Origin: Planctomycetota bacterium
GTDB lineage: Bacteria > Planctomycetota > B15-G4
Assembly (NCBI GenBank): GCA_965248575.1
Contig: CBDFJQ010000002.1
Span: 2,144,001 to 2,208,000, forward strand
DNA length: 64,000 nt
Reading direction: 5' to 3'
The position numbers and the translations under genes are program-made. Shown piece by piece: positions 19,018 to 28,690 of this stretch (the stretch's first letter is position 1; every line of letters begins with the position of its first letter). Below the pieces are notes generated by a model, which saw only the letters and a program-made list of their open reading frames with translations, was not told where the DNA came from and made no database searches.

Positions 19018-20061
19018 CTGAGAGGTCGCATCCTCGAGCTCGACGCCCTGCGCGGCTTCGCCGCCCTGGCCATCGTCCTGGCCCACGGGCTGATCATCCC
19101 CGGCAATCCCTGGGTCTTGTCGGCCGTCGACCTCTTCTTCGTGCTGTCGAGCTTCCTGATCACGACGATGATCTTGCGCTACCGGGAAGAGCCGGGCTTT
19201 CTGCGGACGTTCTACACCCGACGCTTCCTGCGTATCTGGCCGCCCTACTACGTCGCCCTGGGGACGTGCCTCATCCTGACCCAGTTCTTCCTGTGGGACA
19301 ACCAGACCGACGCGTGGCCCTGGTACGCAACCTTCACCCAGAACGTGCAGCTCTACTTCCGCCAACCCTTGCCCGAGATGAGCAAGCTGTTCTGGCACAC
19401 ATGGACGCTGGCCATCGAAGAACAGTTCTACGTGATCTGGCCGCTCTTGCTGCTCGGGGCCGGCCGCCCGCGGGTCGTGTTGACGGCCGTCGTGTTCATT
19501 CTGCTGCCGCCGGTGTTGCGTCACCTGAACTTCCTGCAGTACCTGCTCTTCACCCGCTCCGATGGCTTGGGGCTCGGCGCGATCCTGGCCTTGCTGCTGC
19601 TCGACCACGAGCGCTTCCAGCGACACATCGTCTCTTACCGCATCGGCTTCCTGGCCCTGGCCACCCTCGCCATCCTCTGGTCCTCCAAGGCGAGCGTAGT
19701 GGCGGGAGTGCCGCAGACCTTCTTCCACACCCGCGTCAACCTGATCTACTTCTCGCTGGTGGGGCTGCTGGTCAGCGGACAGGGCAGCAGGGCCCTGGCG
19801 ATCCTGCGCGACAAGCGCCTCTGCTACCTGGGCACCATCAGCTATGCCCTCTACGTCTATCACCCGCTCATCTTCGGCTCGATGTTCCGGCCCTACCGCA
19901 AGCTCGTGATCCGGGGTCTGGGCTTCGACGTGAAGTGGGTCGAGGAGGCGGTCATGCTGGCCCTCTGCTTCCTGGCTGCCGAGCTTTCCCGCCGTTTCCT
20001 GGAAGCGCCGATCTTGGCCTTCAAGGAAAAGCTGGCCTATAGGGCTCCTCGCGAACCCTGA
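19018..20061 (+). CDS. Acyltransferase family 3 (OafA-like O-acyltransferase)
   Basis: RILELDALRG, VDLFFVLS, RRFLRIWPPY, HTWTLAIEEQFY, GTISYALYVYH; start uncertain (CTG 19018 proposed). Confidence 0.85.
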   Translation: MRGRILELDALRGFAALAIVLAHGLIIPGNPWVLSAVDLFFVLSSFLITTMILRYREEPGFLRTFYTRRFLRIWPPYYVALGTCLILTQFFLWDNQTDAWPWYATFTQNVQLYFRQPLPEMSKLFWHTWTLAIEEQFYVIWPLLLLGAGRPRVVLTAVVFILLPPVLRHLNFLQYLLFTRSDGLGLGAILALLLLDHERFQRHIVSYRIGFLALATLAILWSSKASVVAGVPQTFFHTRVNLIYFSLVGLLVSGQGSRALAILRDKRLCYLGTISYALYVYHPLIFGSMFRPYRKLVIRGLGFDVKWVEEAVMLALCFLAAELSRRFLEAPILAFKEKLAYRAPREP

Positions 20062-20259
20062 TCCCTTGGGGCTTGCAGACAGCCCGTATCGGTGCTCCGA
20101 GCGCCCTCCGCTGCGCTCTCAGACCGGCTTGAGTGCCGCGGCTCGCCATCCGAAAGGGTCCTGGGGCCTGCTATCCTCTCGCGGCTTTCGCAATACCCGT
20201 GGCCTCGCACCGACATGAGGCCGCACACCAGGCACCCTGACCGAATCCCGGAGTCCTCC

Positions 20260-20874
20260 ATGCGTTCCGTTCTCTTCCCGAGCCTGCTCGTCGCGGGCCT
20301 CCTGCTTCCGGCCTGCGCCAGCGAAGCCAGCTCCGGGGACAGCAATCCCGTGGTGGCTGCTTCTCCCGCAGAGACAGGGGCACCGCCGACCGTGGCCAAC
20401 ACGGTGGAGCCCACCCTGGCGCCCGAGTTCGTCAACTACAACAAGGACCTGCCCAAGCGCGGCGACAGCTTGCCGACCATCCTGGGCAGCACCCTCTCGG
20501 GCGGCACGGTCAACAACGCTCTGTTCAGCGGCAAGACCACCCTGATCAACCTCTGGTTCTATCACTGAGGCGCCTGCCGGAAGGAGTTACCTTCCATTCA
20601 GAAGCTGCAGGAAGAACTGGGTGATCGGAACGATGTGGTCATCGTCGCGCTGAACACCGGCAACGACACGCTGGATGTCGTGCGGGAGTACTGGGAGAAG
20701 GAAGGGTTCAGCTTTGACGCTGTGCTCGACCCCGAAGGCTCCGAAGGCGACAACGCTCAGGCCCTGGGTCTGCGCGCGTCCCCCTCGAACATCGTCGTGG
20801 GCGCCGACGGCAAAGTGACGTACGCCTCGGTGGGCTTCGACGAGGATCAGATCCGCTACTACCTCGGGCTCTAG
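20260..20874 (+). CDS. TlpA/thioredoxin-like lipoprotein, probable selenoprotein (Sec at TGA 20566-20568, UxxC)
   Basis: Two track ORFs are in the same frame; read-through gives KTTLINLWFYH-U-GACRKELPSIQKL...ASPSNIVVGADGKV; lipobox LPAC; GGAG RBS; SECIS-like hairpin. Confidence 0.85.
20566..20601 (+). promoter_or_regulatory. Putative bacterial SECIS element
   Basis: GGAAGG(20579-84)-AGTTA-CCTTCC(20590-95) stem-loop starting at the 11th nt after UGA; possible lower stem CTG(20574-76)/CAG(20599-601). Confidence 0.7.
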
Positions 20875-20936
20875 CTGATCTCCCAGACCAAGCCTGCGTA
20901 GGCACTCGCTTCCCGGCGAGCCTGCACCGACTTGAT

Positions 20937-20987
20937 ACGGCGCGCCCACGATCCGGTTTCCGGAACGTGGGCGCGCCGTTCTCGTTC
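20937..20987 (+). terminator. Strong hairpin, putative intrinsic terminator
   Basis: 14-bp perfect inverted repeat ACGGCGCGCCCACG/CGTGGGCGCGCCGT with inner TCCGG-TTT-CCGGA, followed by a weak pyrimidine tail. Confidence 0.6.
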
Positions 20988-21128
20988 AGTGCTCTCGCTG
21001 AGCCCCCTAGAGCAGCTTGCAGGAGGTGCCGAATCTCAGTCCCCGCAGCGACCGCAGAGCGCTTAAGCTGAAGGCCCGGGTCCTGCGTCCACATCCCCGG
21101 CCACCCTCTCCCCGGGTTCGCGGCTCTC

Positions 21129-23255
21129 ATGCGCCTTCACGTGCTGTGTACGATTTTCCTCGGGCTGTTGCTGCTCCCCGGGCCCGAAGTCAGTGCTCTC
21201 CAAGACAAGACGCTTTGGGTAGACATCGGCTCGTCCAGCACATCCACAGCCAATCCGGGGGGAACAAGCTGGAACAACGTCGACGAGACCACGCTCAACA
21301 CCTCCCGAGCCCTCATCGATGAGCTCGGCAACCCCTCGGGAATCACCTGGACCCACGCGTCGGGCGGCCTGCAGGGCATCAACTCCTCAGGCACCACATC
21401 ACCCACGGCAGCGAGCCCCCTGAGCGAGTTTCCCGGCTCGGCCACCCGGGACTCGGCCTACGGGAGCGGCAGCGGTTCAACAGCAGTCGTGACCCTGACG
21501 GGCTTTCCGCCCAACACGCTCGTGGACATCACCTTCGCGGCCTCGCGACTGGGCGTTTCGGACAACCGGACCACCGACTACATCGTGCAGGGCTTCAACG
21601 GCGCCGTAGTCTCCCTCGACCCGGCCAACAACCTCACGCAGGTGGTCAAGGCAAGCAACGTCTTGCCCGACGCCAGTGGCGCAATCACCGTGAGCATGCA
21701 GGCGGGGCTCGAGAACACGAACCCCACCACGCACTACTTCTACCTTGGGGCCTTGAAGGCCGAGCTCTTCGCGCAGGGAAGCCCTCCCTCGGTGCTCTCC
21801 TTCGACAGCCCACAGCTGCCCTTGGCCGTCACCGCTGGCGGCGGCTTCTCGACCTCCGTGAACGTGCTTGAGAACCTGAGCACCAACATCGGCTTCACTC
21901 TCTCAGCCATCGACGACGCCACGGGATTCACTCCCACTTGGTTGAGCTTGCCGAACTCGGGCATGACCCAGGCCCCGATCGCCCTCAGCGTGTCGGACCC
22001 GGGCCTTGGCTCCGACAGCTACTCAGCCACTCTGGTGGCGAGCGCCCCGGGCGTGGTGGACGCGACCCTCGATCTGCAGCTGGACGTGCAGATGCCGGGC
22101 GCCCTCAACCTGCTCTTCTATGGCAACAGCTACAGCCAGGGCAACAGCGGCATGCCCAGCCTGGCCGGCTTCATCGCCGAGGACCTGGGGCAGGCATCGC
22201 CGAACATCGTGGCCCAGCTCGTAGGTGGTCAGGCGCTCTTCTATCACCTGACGAACCCCGCCCAGGCCGCCGCCATCACCAGCGCCCTACCGCTCGGACA
22301 GAGCTGGGACTTCGTGGTCATGCAGGGCCTCTCAACCGAGGCCACGCAGATCGGAGACCCCGCTGCCTTCCGCGCCAACGCCCTGGCCATCCTCAGCAAC
22401 GTCAAGGCCCACAGCCCTGATGCCAAGGCGGTCATGTTCCAGACCTGGGCCCGGGGGCCGGAGTACCCCGGTTACCCCGTCACGTGGACCGGTCCGCTCG
22501 ACATGCACGACGAGATTCGCACCAACTACCGCCTGGCCGTGGACGACATGAACAACGCCTTCGGCTCCGGCACCGCCTTCCTCGCCGCCGCTGGGGATGC
22601 CGTCGCCCTGCTCGCCTTCGACCCCGACCTGTACACGAGCGACTGGAGCCACCCGGAACCACCCACCACCCTGCTTACGGCCATGGTTGTCTATCAGGCG
22701 GTTTGGCGCGCGCGGATCAGCGATCAAGACCCGGACTTCGGCGCGAGCACGAACCTCATCAACCGCCTGAACTCCATCGGCCTGTCTGCTGCAGACTGGA
22801 CGGCGCTGAGTGGCATCGCCGAGCGCGTCGCCGACGCATCCCTTCGCCGTCATCCCGGCTCGGGCGAAGACCTCCTCTTGGAAACGAGCGTCAACAGCGA
22901 CCCGCCCAGCGCGCGTCCCGTGAGCCAGGCAGCTTCGGGGGATTCCTTCCATGTGTCGCTGACCTCACCCAACGCGCTCTACGCCGACGAGCTGTCCCAC
23001 ATCATCTTCGATGTGTATCCCACCGGCTCACCCCCTGCCGCCAACCCCTCTTTCCCCGAAGTCCACATCAAGCCGAGCTACTTCATCGTGGCGACCTCGG
23101 CGCCTCTCGGCCCCGGCTTGCCGCTCACCGTGGTGGTTCCGCCCGCGGTCAGTGGGCTGAGCGTTCTCGTTCAGGGCGTCGCCTTGGGTCCCAGCGTGGA
23201 AACGGGAAACCAGGTGTTCACCACCACGGACGGTCACGAAGTCGACTTGCTGTAA
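21129..23255 (+). CDS. Secreted multidomain protein with SGNH-like (DUF4886-like) domain
   Basis: Signal peptide; LFYGNSYS, WDFVVMQG, QTWAR, DWSHP motifs; beta-rich N- and C-terminal domains. Confidence 0.75.
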   Translation: MRLHVLCTIFLGLLLLPGPEVSALQDKTLWVDIGSSSTSTANPGGTSWNNVDETTLNTSRALIDELGNPSGITWTHASGGLQGINSSGTTSPTAASPLSEFPGSATRDSAYGSGSGSTAVVTLTGFPPNTLVDITFAASRLGVSDNRTTDYIVQGFNGAVVSLDPANNLTQVVKASNVLPDASGAITVSMQAGLENTNPTTHYFYLGALKAELFAQGSPPSVLSFDSPQLPLAVTAGGGFSTSVNVLENLSTNIGFTLSAIDDATGFTPTWLSLPNSGMTQAPIALSVSDPGLGSDSYSATLVASAPGVVDATLDLQLDVQMPGALNLLFYGNSYSQGNSGMPSLAGFIAEDLGQASPNIVAQLVGGQALFYHLTNPAQAAAITSALPLGQSWDFVVMQGLSTEATQIGDPAAFRANALAILSNVKAHSPDAKAVMFQTWARGPEYPGYPVTWTGPLDMHDEIRTNYRLAVDDMNNAFGSGTAFLAAAGDAVALLAFDPDLYTSDWSHPEPPTTLLTAMVVYQAVWRARISDQDPDFGASTNLINRLNSIGLSAADWTALSGIAERVADASLRRHPGSGEDLLLETSVNSDPPSARPVSQAASGDSFHVSLTSPNALYADELSHIIFDVYPTGSPPAANPSFPEVHIKPSYFIVATSAPLGPGLPLTVVVPPAVSGLSVLVQGVALGPSVETGNQVFTTTDGHEVDLL

Positions 23256-23308
23256 AGTCTTCGGTCCGACAGCGGCTGCTGCCTTCTCTCGAGACGGGGA
23301 CGAAGTTC

Positions 23309-24142
23309 TTGCAGGACTCACCTAGTTGCCCCGAGGGCGGCGAACTGCCAGCCGTCTGGATCCACGGCAGCGACCCAGTCAACGATCCAGCGCTCCAGGT
23401 CCACGCCTACAACGGCGACTTCTACATCCTTCGCCAGAGCATGTGCCTGAATTTCGAAGGGCCCTTCCTGTACCTCATCGTTGGCGAGCACACGGCCGTC
23501 TTGTTCGACACGGGAGCCAGCGGCGATCCCCCGGTCGCTGCCACCGTGCAAGGAATCCTGGCGCAGCGGGCGCGCGACAAGGGCATCGATCACTTCGAGT
23601 TGATCGTCGCCCACACCCACAGCCACGGGGATCACATCGGCAACGACAGCCAGTTTGTCGGGGCACCCAACACCACGGTCCTGGGCTCGGACCTCCCCGA
23701 TGTGCAGGCCGCCTATGGCCTCCCTGATTGGCCTGACGGAAAAGCCAGCTTGGATCTCGGCGGGCGCGTGCTCGACATCCTCCCCACCCCGGGTCACCAG
23801 ACCACGCACATCAGCATCTACGACCGCCGCACCCAGATCCTGCTCGCGGGCGACACCTTCTACCCGGGGTTCCTGTTCATCTCGGACTTCCCCGAGTATC
23901 GCAAGAGCATCGACAAGCTGGTGGCCTTCACCGCAGAGAACCCGGTGCGCTGGATCCTCGGCAACCACATCGAGATGACGGACGAGCCCGGTCTCATCTA
24001 TCCCTACGGCACCGAGGTCCAAGCTCGGGAGCGTGTGCTCCAACTCGAACGCAAACAGCTGCTGGAGCTGAGCGCGGCCCTGGCAGCCATGGCTGATGAG
24101 CCCGTTGAGCAAGTACACGATGACTTCGTCATCACGCCCTGA
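23309..24142 (+). CDS. MBL-fold metallo-hydrolase
   Basis: LFDTG, HTHSHGDH, TPGH, GDTFYPG, GNH; TTG start inferred (track start 22484 overlaps the upstream gene). Confidence 0.85.
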   Translation: MQDSPSCPEGGELPAVWIHGSDPVNDPALQVHAYNGDFYILRQSMCLNFEGPFLYLIVGEHTAVLFDTGASGDPPVAATVQGILAQRARDKGIDHFELIVAHTHSHGDHIGNDSQFVGAPNTTVLGSDLPDVQAAYGLPDWPDGKASLDLGGRVLDILPTPGHQTTHISIYDRRTQILLAGDTFYPGFLFISDFPEYRKSIDKLVAFTAENPVRWILGNHIEMTDEPGLIYPYGTEVQARERVLQLERKQLLELSAALAAMADEPVEQVHDDFVITP

Positions 24143-24149
24143 CAAAGGA

Positions 24150-24190
24150 GAGGCCGCCGTCGCTCCGTTTGACGAAGCGGCAGCGGCCTC
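24150..24190. terminator. Hairpin between convergent genes
   Basis: GAGGCCGC...GCGGCCTC stem with imperfect inner pairing. Confidence 0.45.
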
Positions 24191-24226
24191 CAAAAGAACC
24201 GGCTTTTGCAGGCGGGTCTGTCAGAC

Positions 24227-25708
24227 TCAGGGTTGGGTCACACCGCGCAAGGCGTTGCTTCCCGAAGGCACGCCCGCCCGGGCCATGGGCCGCAGCCACG
24301 CCTGGAAGTAGAGGCTGCTTCCGACGGGCGCATCGCTGGGCCAGGGGAAGGCCTTGGGCTGGTTCGTGCGCATCTTCACGACGAGCGCTGGGTCGGGGAC
24401 GAGGGTGCCGCCCTTGAAGGGCAGCGACGCGAGCTGGAAGCCGATCACGAGGTAGGCGGCGGGCGTCTTGCGCTTGGCAGTCGACGCCTGCAACCAGATC
24501 ATGCTTCCACCCTGGGGCAGACCTTCCGATTCCAGGGTGATGGCTCCCGAGAGGCCGGCCACGGCTCCACCGAGGTCGGACCAGGGCGGCGCGATGGCCG
24601 TGAAAACGGACAGGTCATTGGAGAAGGCGTTGGAGACGACAAAGTCGTCCAGCCCATCACCACTCGAGTCACCCGCCACCACGCTCGCCGGGAAGAAGCC
24701 GGCGCTCATGCTGACGGCGCTTCCGAACTGCCCTTCGCCATCGCCCATGAGCAGGGACACATCCCCGGAGCCGAAGTTCGCCGACACGAGGTCCTGGGCA
24801 CCGTCGCCGTTGAAATCACCCGCGGCGACACGCTGGGGCATGATGCCCGCGACGAACTCCTGGCTGGGGCCGAAGGCGCCGCCCCCTTGCCCGAGCACCA
24901 CGGAGAGCACGCTCGAGGAGACACAGGCTGCCACGACATCCGGCACCCCGTCGCCGTTGGCATCGAAGACGGCGAGGTCCCGGGGGTCCACAGCCACGGG
25001 CCACCCAGTCCCTTCGCTCATGACACCGCCGCCGGCGTTCAGGAAGGGTCGCAGCATGTCTTGCGAGCAATCGGCGACGAGCAGATCGTCCAGATCATCG
25101 CCGTCGAGATCGGCGGCTTGCACAGAGGAGGCGCAGAACCCGCTCGACAGGACGACCGGTGCCGCAAAGCCCAGTGCCGAGTTCATCATCAACGAGACGG
25201 GCGCGGTGATGCTGTCGTGGGCCAGCCCGATGTCCACGAAACCGTCGCCATCAAAGTCGGCGGCTGCGAGATCCTGAGGTTGAAAGCCGACGGACTCGTG
25301 CTGCGCTGGAGCGAACCCGCCACCCGGCAGTCCGTGCAGCACGGACACCGTGGCGTCCCCCGCGTTGACGGAGGCAAGGTCCATCACACCATCGGCATCG
25401 AAGTCAGCGGCCACCACGTCCAGGGGTTGGCTGCCCACCGCAAAAGCCTGCGATGCGCCGAAGCTGCCGTCACCGAGTCCCATGAGGACGGACACCCTGG
25501 AGGTGAAGCGTTCGGCCACGGCGAGGTCTTCGATCCCGTCCCCATCCAGGTCGCTCAGGACCATTCCCTGGGGATTGCTGCCCACAGGATACGTCGCGGT
25601 CTTGAAGCTCGCGACGGAAGCCTGGCCCTGCGCATGAACTGGGAGCAACGTGCTGACGATGATCAGGGCCGGAAGCCATCGACGATGCGCGGAGCGTGGG
25701 GTCAACAT
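24227..25708 (-). CDS. Secreted FG-GAP/VCBS repeat protein with conserved C-terminal domain
   Basis: Seven D(L/F)DGDG..DL-type repeats; signal peptide; C-terminal WSDLGG...FQAW...SNAL. Confidence 0.9.
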   Translation of the reverse strand: MLTPRSAHRRWLPALIIVSTLLPVHAQGQASVASFKTATYPVGSNPQGMVLSDLDGDGIEDLAVAERFTSRVSVLMGLGDGSFGASQAFAVGSQPLDVVAADFDADGVMDLASVNAGDATVSVLHGLPGGGFAPAQHESVGFQPQDLAAADFDGDGFVDIGLAHDSITAPVSLMMNSALGFAAPVVLSSGFCASSVQAADLDGDDLDDLLVADCSQDMLRPFLNAGGGVMSEGTGWPVAVDPRDLAVFDANGDGVPDVVAACVSSSVLSVVLGQGGGAFGPSQEFVAGIMPQRVAAGDFNGDGAQDLVSANFGSGDVSLLMGDGEGQFGSAVSMSAGFFPASVVAGDSSGDGLDDFVVSNAFSNDLSVFTAIAPPWSDLGGAVAGLSGAITLESEGLPQGGSMIWLQASTAKRKTPAAYLVIGFQLASLPFKGGTLVPDPALVVKMRTNQPKAFPWPSDAPVGSSLYFQAWLRPMARAGVPSGSNALRGVTQP

Positions 25709-25855
25709 GACATCCCATGTCGGCCCCCTCCAGGGACGAGTTGAGCCAGGAAGACGCCGGGAGGCGCGTAAAAACAGGTGCGACCGTTCGTCCAGGGCTC
25801 ACTCAGGCGGGAAAGATGTCACATGCCCCCGAGCGGCGGCCCTACAGTCCATGGA

Positions 25856-28654
25856 ATGGAACATCCCGAGCGCGCAATCGAGCACGATGAGCTGCTGGCC
25901 CAGATGGGCTGGGTGACAGCCCTCGCCCGGAGCCTTGTGCGCGACCCCAACGTCGCCCAGGACGTGGCGCAGCAAACCTGGCTCACCGCTCTCGAACGCC
26001 CACCCCATACCGCGCGCAGCGGTCCTGGCCTGCGGGCCTGGCTCGCCTCCGTCACCCGCACCCTGGCGCGCCAATCCGTGCGCGGAGAAACCCGCCGCAC
26101 AGCGCGCGAGAAGAGGGCAGCCCAACCGGAATCCCAACCGGCTGCGGTGGACATCGTGGGTCGCGGCGAGATGCAGAAGATGCTCGTCGACAAGGTGCTC
26201 ACGCTCGAAGAACCCTACCGCTCCACCGTGCTCTACCGCTACCTCGACGGTCTGAGCGCCCCGGAGATCGCGGAAGCCATGGACGTCTCGCCCGCCGCCG
26301 TGCGCAAGCGCCTGTCCCGCGGCCTCGACCAGCTGCGCGGCCGCCTGGACCAGAGCCACGACAACGATCGCTCCAAATGGACCCTGGCCCTCTTGCCGCT
26401 GGCCCGGCTGCCTCACGGCTTGGGTGGAAAACCGCTCGGTGCGGAATCAGCCGGTATCGATGCCGGTATCGATGCAGGGATCGATGCCGGTGTTGCAAGC
26501 ACGATGCCCGTGGGTGCGGCCTCGGGGGCTACCGCCGTCAAGTTCATCGCGGCGGGTACCCTGCTGGCCATCGGCTGGGTTGTCGCCGTGGTCTGGCCTG
26601 ACGACGCCCCTTCCACGACCCACCTGTCTCCGCCCCTCGCTCTGGGCAGCGAGCCCGAGATGCCCCTACCCCTCACGTCAGGCGCAGAGGCCGCGGCCGC
26701 TCCCCTGCCTGTGGAAGCGGACCGTCCGGAACCCGCTGCCGGTTTCTTTGACAGCGTGCGCGACAACTGGTGGATGCCCCCGCCCCGCGGCTCCCTCGAC
26801 GGCCGTGTGGTGGACGTGGCCGGCCAACCCGTACCGGACGTGCGAGTGCGCTACGAGACCGTGCTCCGGCCAGGCGGCCAGGAAGTGGGCCGTGCCTCGC
26901 TCACAGCCCTCTCGGACTCGACCGGTCTGTTCCACCTGGACGGCATCCGGTCCCAGGGCCAGGTGCTCGTGGCCAGCTCCGCCTATGTCACCGTCCTGGC
27001 AGGCAACACCGACTACTCCGGGCGCGGCAACGGCCAGACCATCGTCGTGGCCCCTCGCCATCCCTTGAGCGGACGCGTGGTCGACGACGCGGGCGCAGCT
27101 GTCGAAGGCGCACGCGTGGAGATCCTTCCGCCCCCAGGCTTCGAGGCCAGCTTCGCCCAGAGCCTGGAGCACGTCTCTCCCCAGGAAGCCTGGGACCTCA
27201 CGGACGGCAACGGCCATTACTCCCTCGAGCGGGCGCCTCGGCTGGAGGGCGCCACCGTGCACGTGAGCAAGGCAGGTTATGAAAGCTCCTCCGAGGCCCA
27301 ACCCCTTCAGCCCGAAAACGCGCACGTGGTCAGCCTGAAGCGCGCTGCCCAATTCATCAGTGGGCGCGTTGTGGACGCGTCAGGCCAGGCGGCCGCCCAA
27401 GCCCTGGTCTCCTGCGGCCTGAGCCGAACACTCACGCAGGATGACGGCAGCTTCCGCTTTCACTTCACACGGAAAGAACTCGAACTCACGGCCAAGATCG
27501 TCGACTCGACAGAGCTCGGCCTCGTTGCCTTGCGCTCGGGCGAGCAACCCGGGCGCGCCGTGGTCGGCCTGCCGCAGGAACTACCCACATCCTCCAGCCC
27601 CTGGCGGGTCGAAGGTGTGTTGCTGGAACTGGGAGCTCCCACCCTCGCCCTGGGTGGTCGAGTGCAGGACCCGTCCGGCATCCCGCTGCCCGGGGTGAGC
27701 GTGTGGCTCGTGGACCCGACGATCTTCTCGCGCCAGCCCGGCAACCGCATTGCACCCCGGCGTGACGACGACGAGAGCGATCAGCTCCAGAGTGGCCCCC
27801 GCTCCGGCCTCGTGGATCCGGTCCTGGTTCTCGAGAACCTGCTCGCCGATGCCCCTGGGGTCGCGGACCCCGGCGGAGGACCGGTTGCGATTGGAAGCCA
27901 CCCAGCGCTCTCCGCACGTCGTTCCGGGCTCTGGCGCCGGGAAACCACGGATTCCCTCGGGCGCTTCCAGCTGACTGGCCTGGAAGACCGGCCCTACACC
28001 GTCGCCGCCATGCACACGGGCACGCTGCAAAGCGTCACCAGCGAACCCACACCTGCCGGACGTGACGACGTCTTGCTGACCCTCGACCCGGACACCCTCT
28101 GGGCGCGGGTCAGTGGCCGCGTCGTCTCTCCCCACGGAACGCCTCTCGCAGGAGTCGAGGTCTCGGTGCGGCGTGAGGTCCTGGCCCTGCCCGGGGTCAC
28201 CACCAGCACCATCGGAACCTTGGCGCTCACGGATTCAGAGGGACACTTCACGCTGACGAGCGTCCCGCACAGCGGCGCCTACCTGTGGGTCATGGGCTCG
28301 GATGTGCTGGGTGTGGCGCACGGGCGGGAAGGCCCCCTCGGAGCTGCTCATGCCTTGGAGATCGTCGGGCTCGAGATCACCGTCCCCTTGCGCCTTGAGC
28401 TGCAAGTCCAGCTGGACCAGGCGGGCAGTGCCGACGAGCTTCGCATTCTGACGGCACAGGGCACGCCCCTGCAGCTCAACAGTTTCCATTTCGACCGCCG
28501 CCGACTGCGCAGCTCGGCGCCCATCATCGATGGGCGCACCGAAGTGCTCGCCGTCACCGAAGATGCTTCTGTCGCCGAATTGCTCAAAGCCGGCGAAGTC
28601 GTTCGACGAGTTCCCCTTTCCCTCCTGCGAGGGGAAGTCCATGTGCTTCGCTAG
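25856..28654 (+). CDS. ECF sigma-70 factor fused to a TM helix and carboxypeptidase-regulatory-like (transthyretin/Ig-like) repeats
   Basis: Sigma2 (AQDVAQQTWL, LRAWL), sigma4 (LEEPYR..YLDGLS..EIAE..VRKRLSRG), TM segment, repeated GRVVD..G.P..G. Confidence 0.85.
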   Translation: MEHPERAIEHDELLAQMGWVTALARSLVRDPNVAQDVAQQTWLTALERPPHTARSGPGLRAWLASVTRTLARQSVRGETRRTAREKRAAQPESQPAAVDIVGRGEMQKMLVDKVLTLEEPYRSTVLYRYLDGLSAPEIAEAMDVSPAAVRKRLSRGLDQLRGRLDQSHDNDRSKWTLALLPLARLPHGLGGKPLGAESAGIDAGIDAGIDAGVASTMPVGAASGATAVKFIAAGTLLAIGWVVAVVWPDDAPSTTHLSPPLALGSEPEMPLPLTSGAEAAAAPLPVEADRPEPAAGFFDSVRDNWWMPPPRGSLDGRVVDVAGQPVPDVRVRYETVLRPGGQEVGRASLTALSDSTGLFHLDGIRSQGQVLVASSAYVTVLAGNTDYSGRGNGQTIVVAPRHPLSGRVVDDAGAAVEGARVEILPPPGFEASFAQSLEHVSPQEAWDLTDGNGHYSLERAPRLEGATVHVSKAGYESSSEAQPLQPENAHVVSLKRAAQFISGRVVDASGQAAAQALVSCGLSRTLTQDDGSFRFHFTRKELELTAKIVDSTELGLVALRSGEQPGRAVVGLPQELPTSSSPWRVEGVLLELGAPTLALGGRVQDPSGIPLPGVSVWLVDPTIFSRQPGNRIAPRRDDDESDQLQSGPRSGLVDPVLVLENLLADAPGVADPGGGPVAIGSHPALSARRSGLWRRETTDSLGRFQLTGLEDRPYTVAAMHTGTLQSVTSEPTPAGRDDVLLTLDPDTLWARVSGRVVSPHGTPLAGVEVSVRREVLALPGVTTSTIGTLALTDSEGHFTLTSVPHSGAYLWVMGSDVLGVAHGREGPLGAAHALEIVGLEITVPLRLELQVQLDQAGSADELRILTAQGTPLQLNSFHFDRRRLRSSAPIIDGRTEVLAVTEDASVAELLKAGEVVRRVPLSLLRGEVHVLR
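26450..26491. repeat. 12-bp in-frame tandem repeat (AGID x3.5)
   Basis: GCCGGTATCGAT x2, GCAGGGATCGAT, GCCGGT. Confidence 0.75.
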
Positions 28655-28690
28655 TCTCGTACCACCCTTCATGAATGTTCGAGGTGCCCC

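Noticed and set aside
20566..20568. Calling the TlpA-like gene a nonsense pseudogene
   Set aside because: The stop is TGA exactly at the catalytic Cys position, both halves are intact and a SECIS-like hairpin follows
22484..23308. Long N-terminal extension of the MBL hydrolase
   Set aside because: Overlaps the real upstream gene in another frame and is Arg/Pro-rich nonsense
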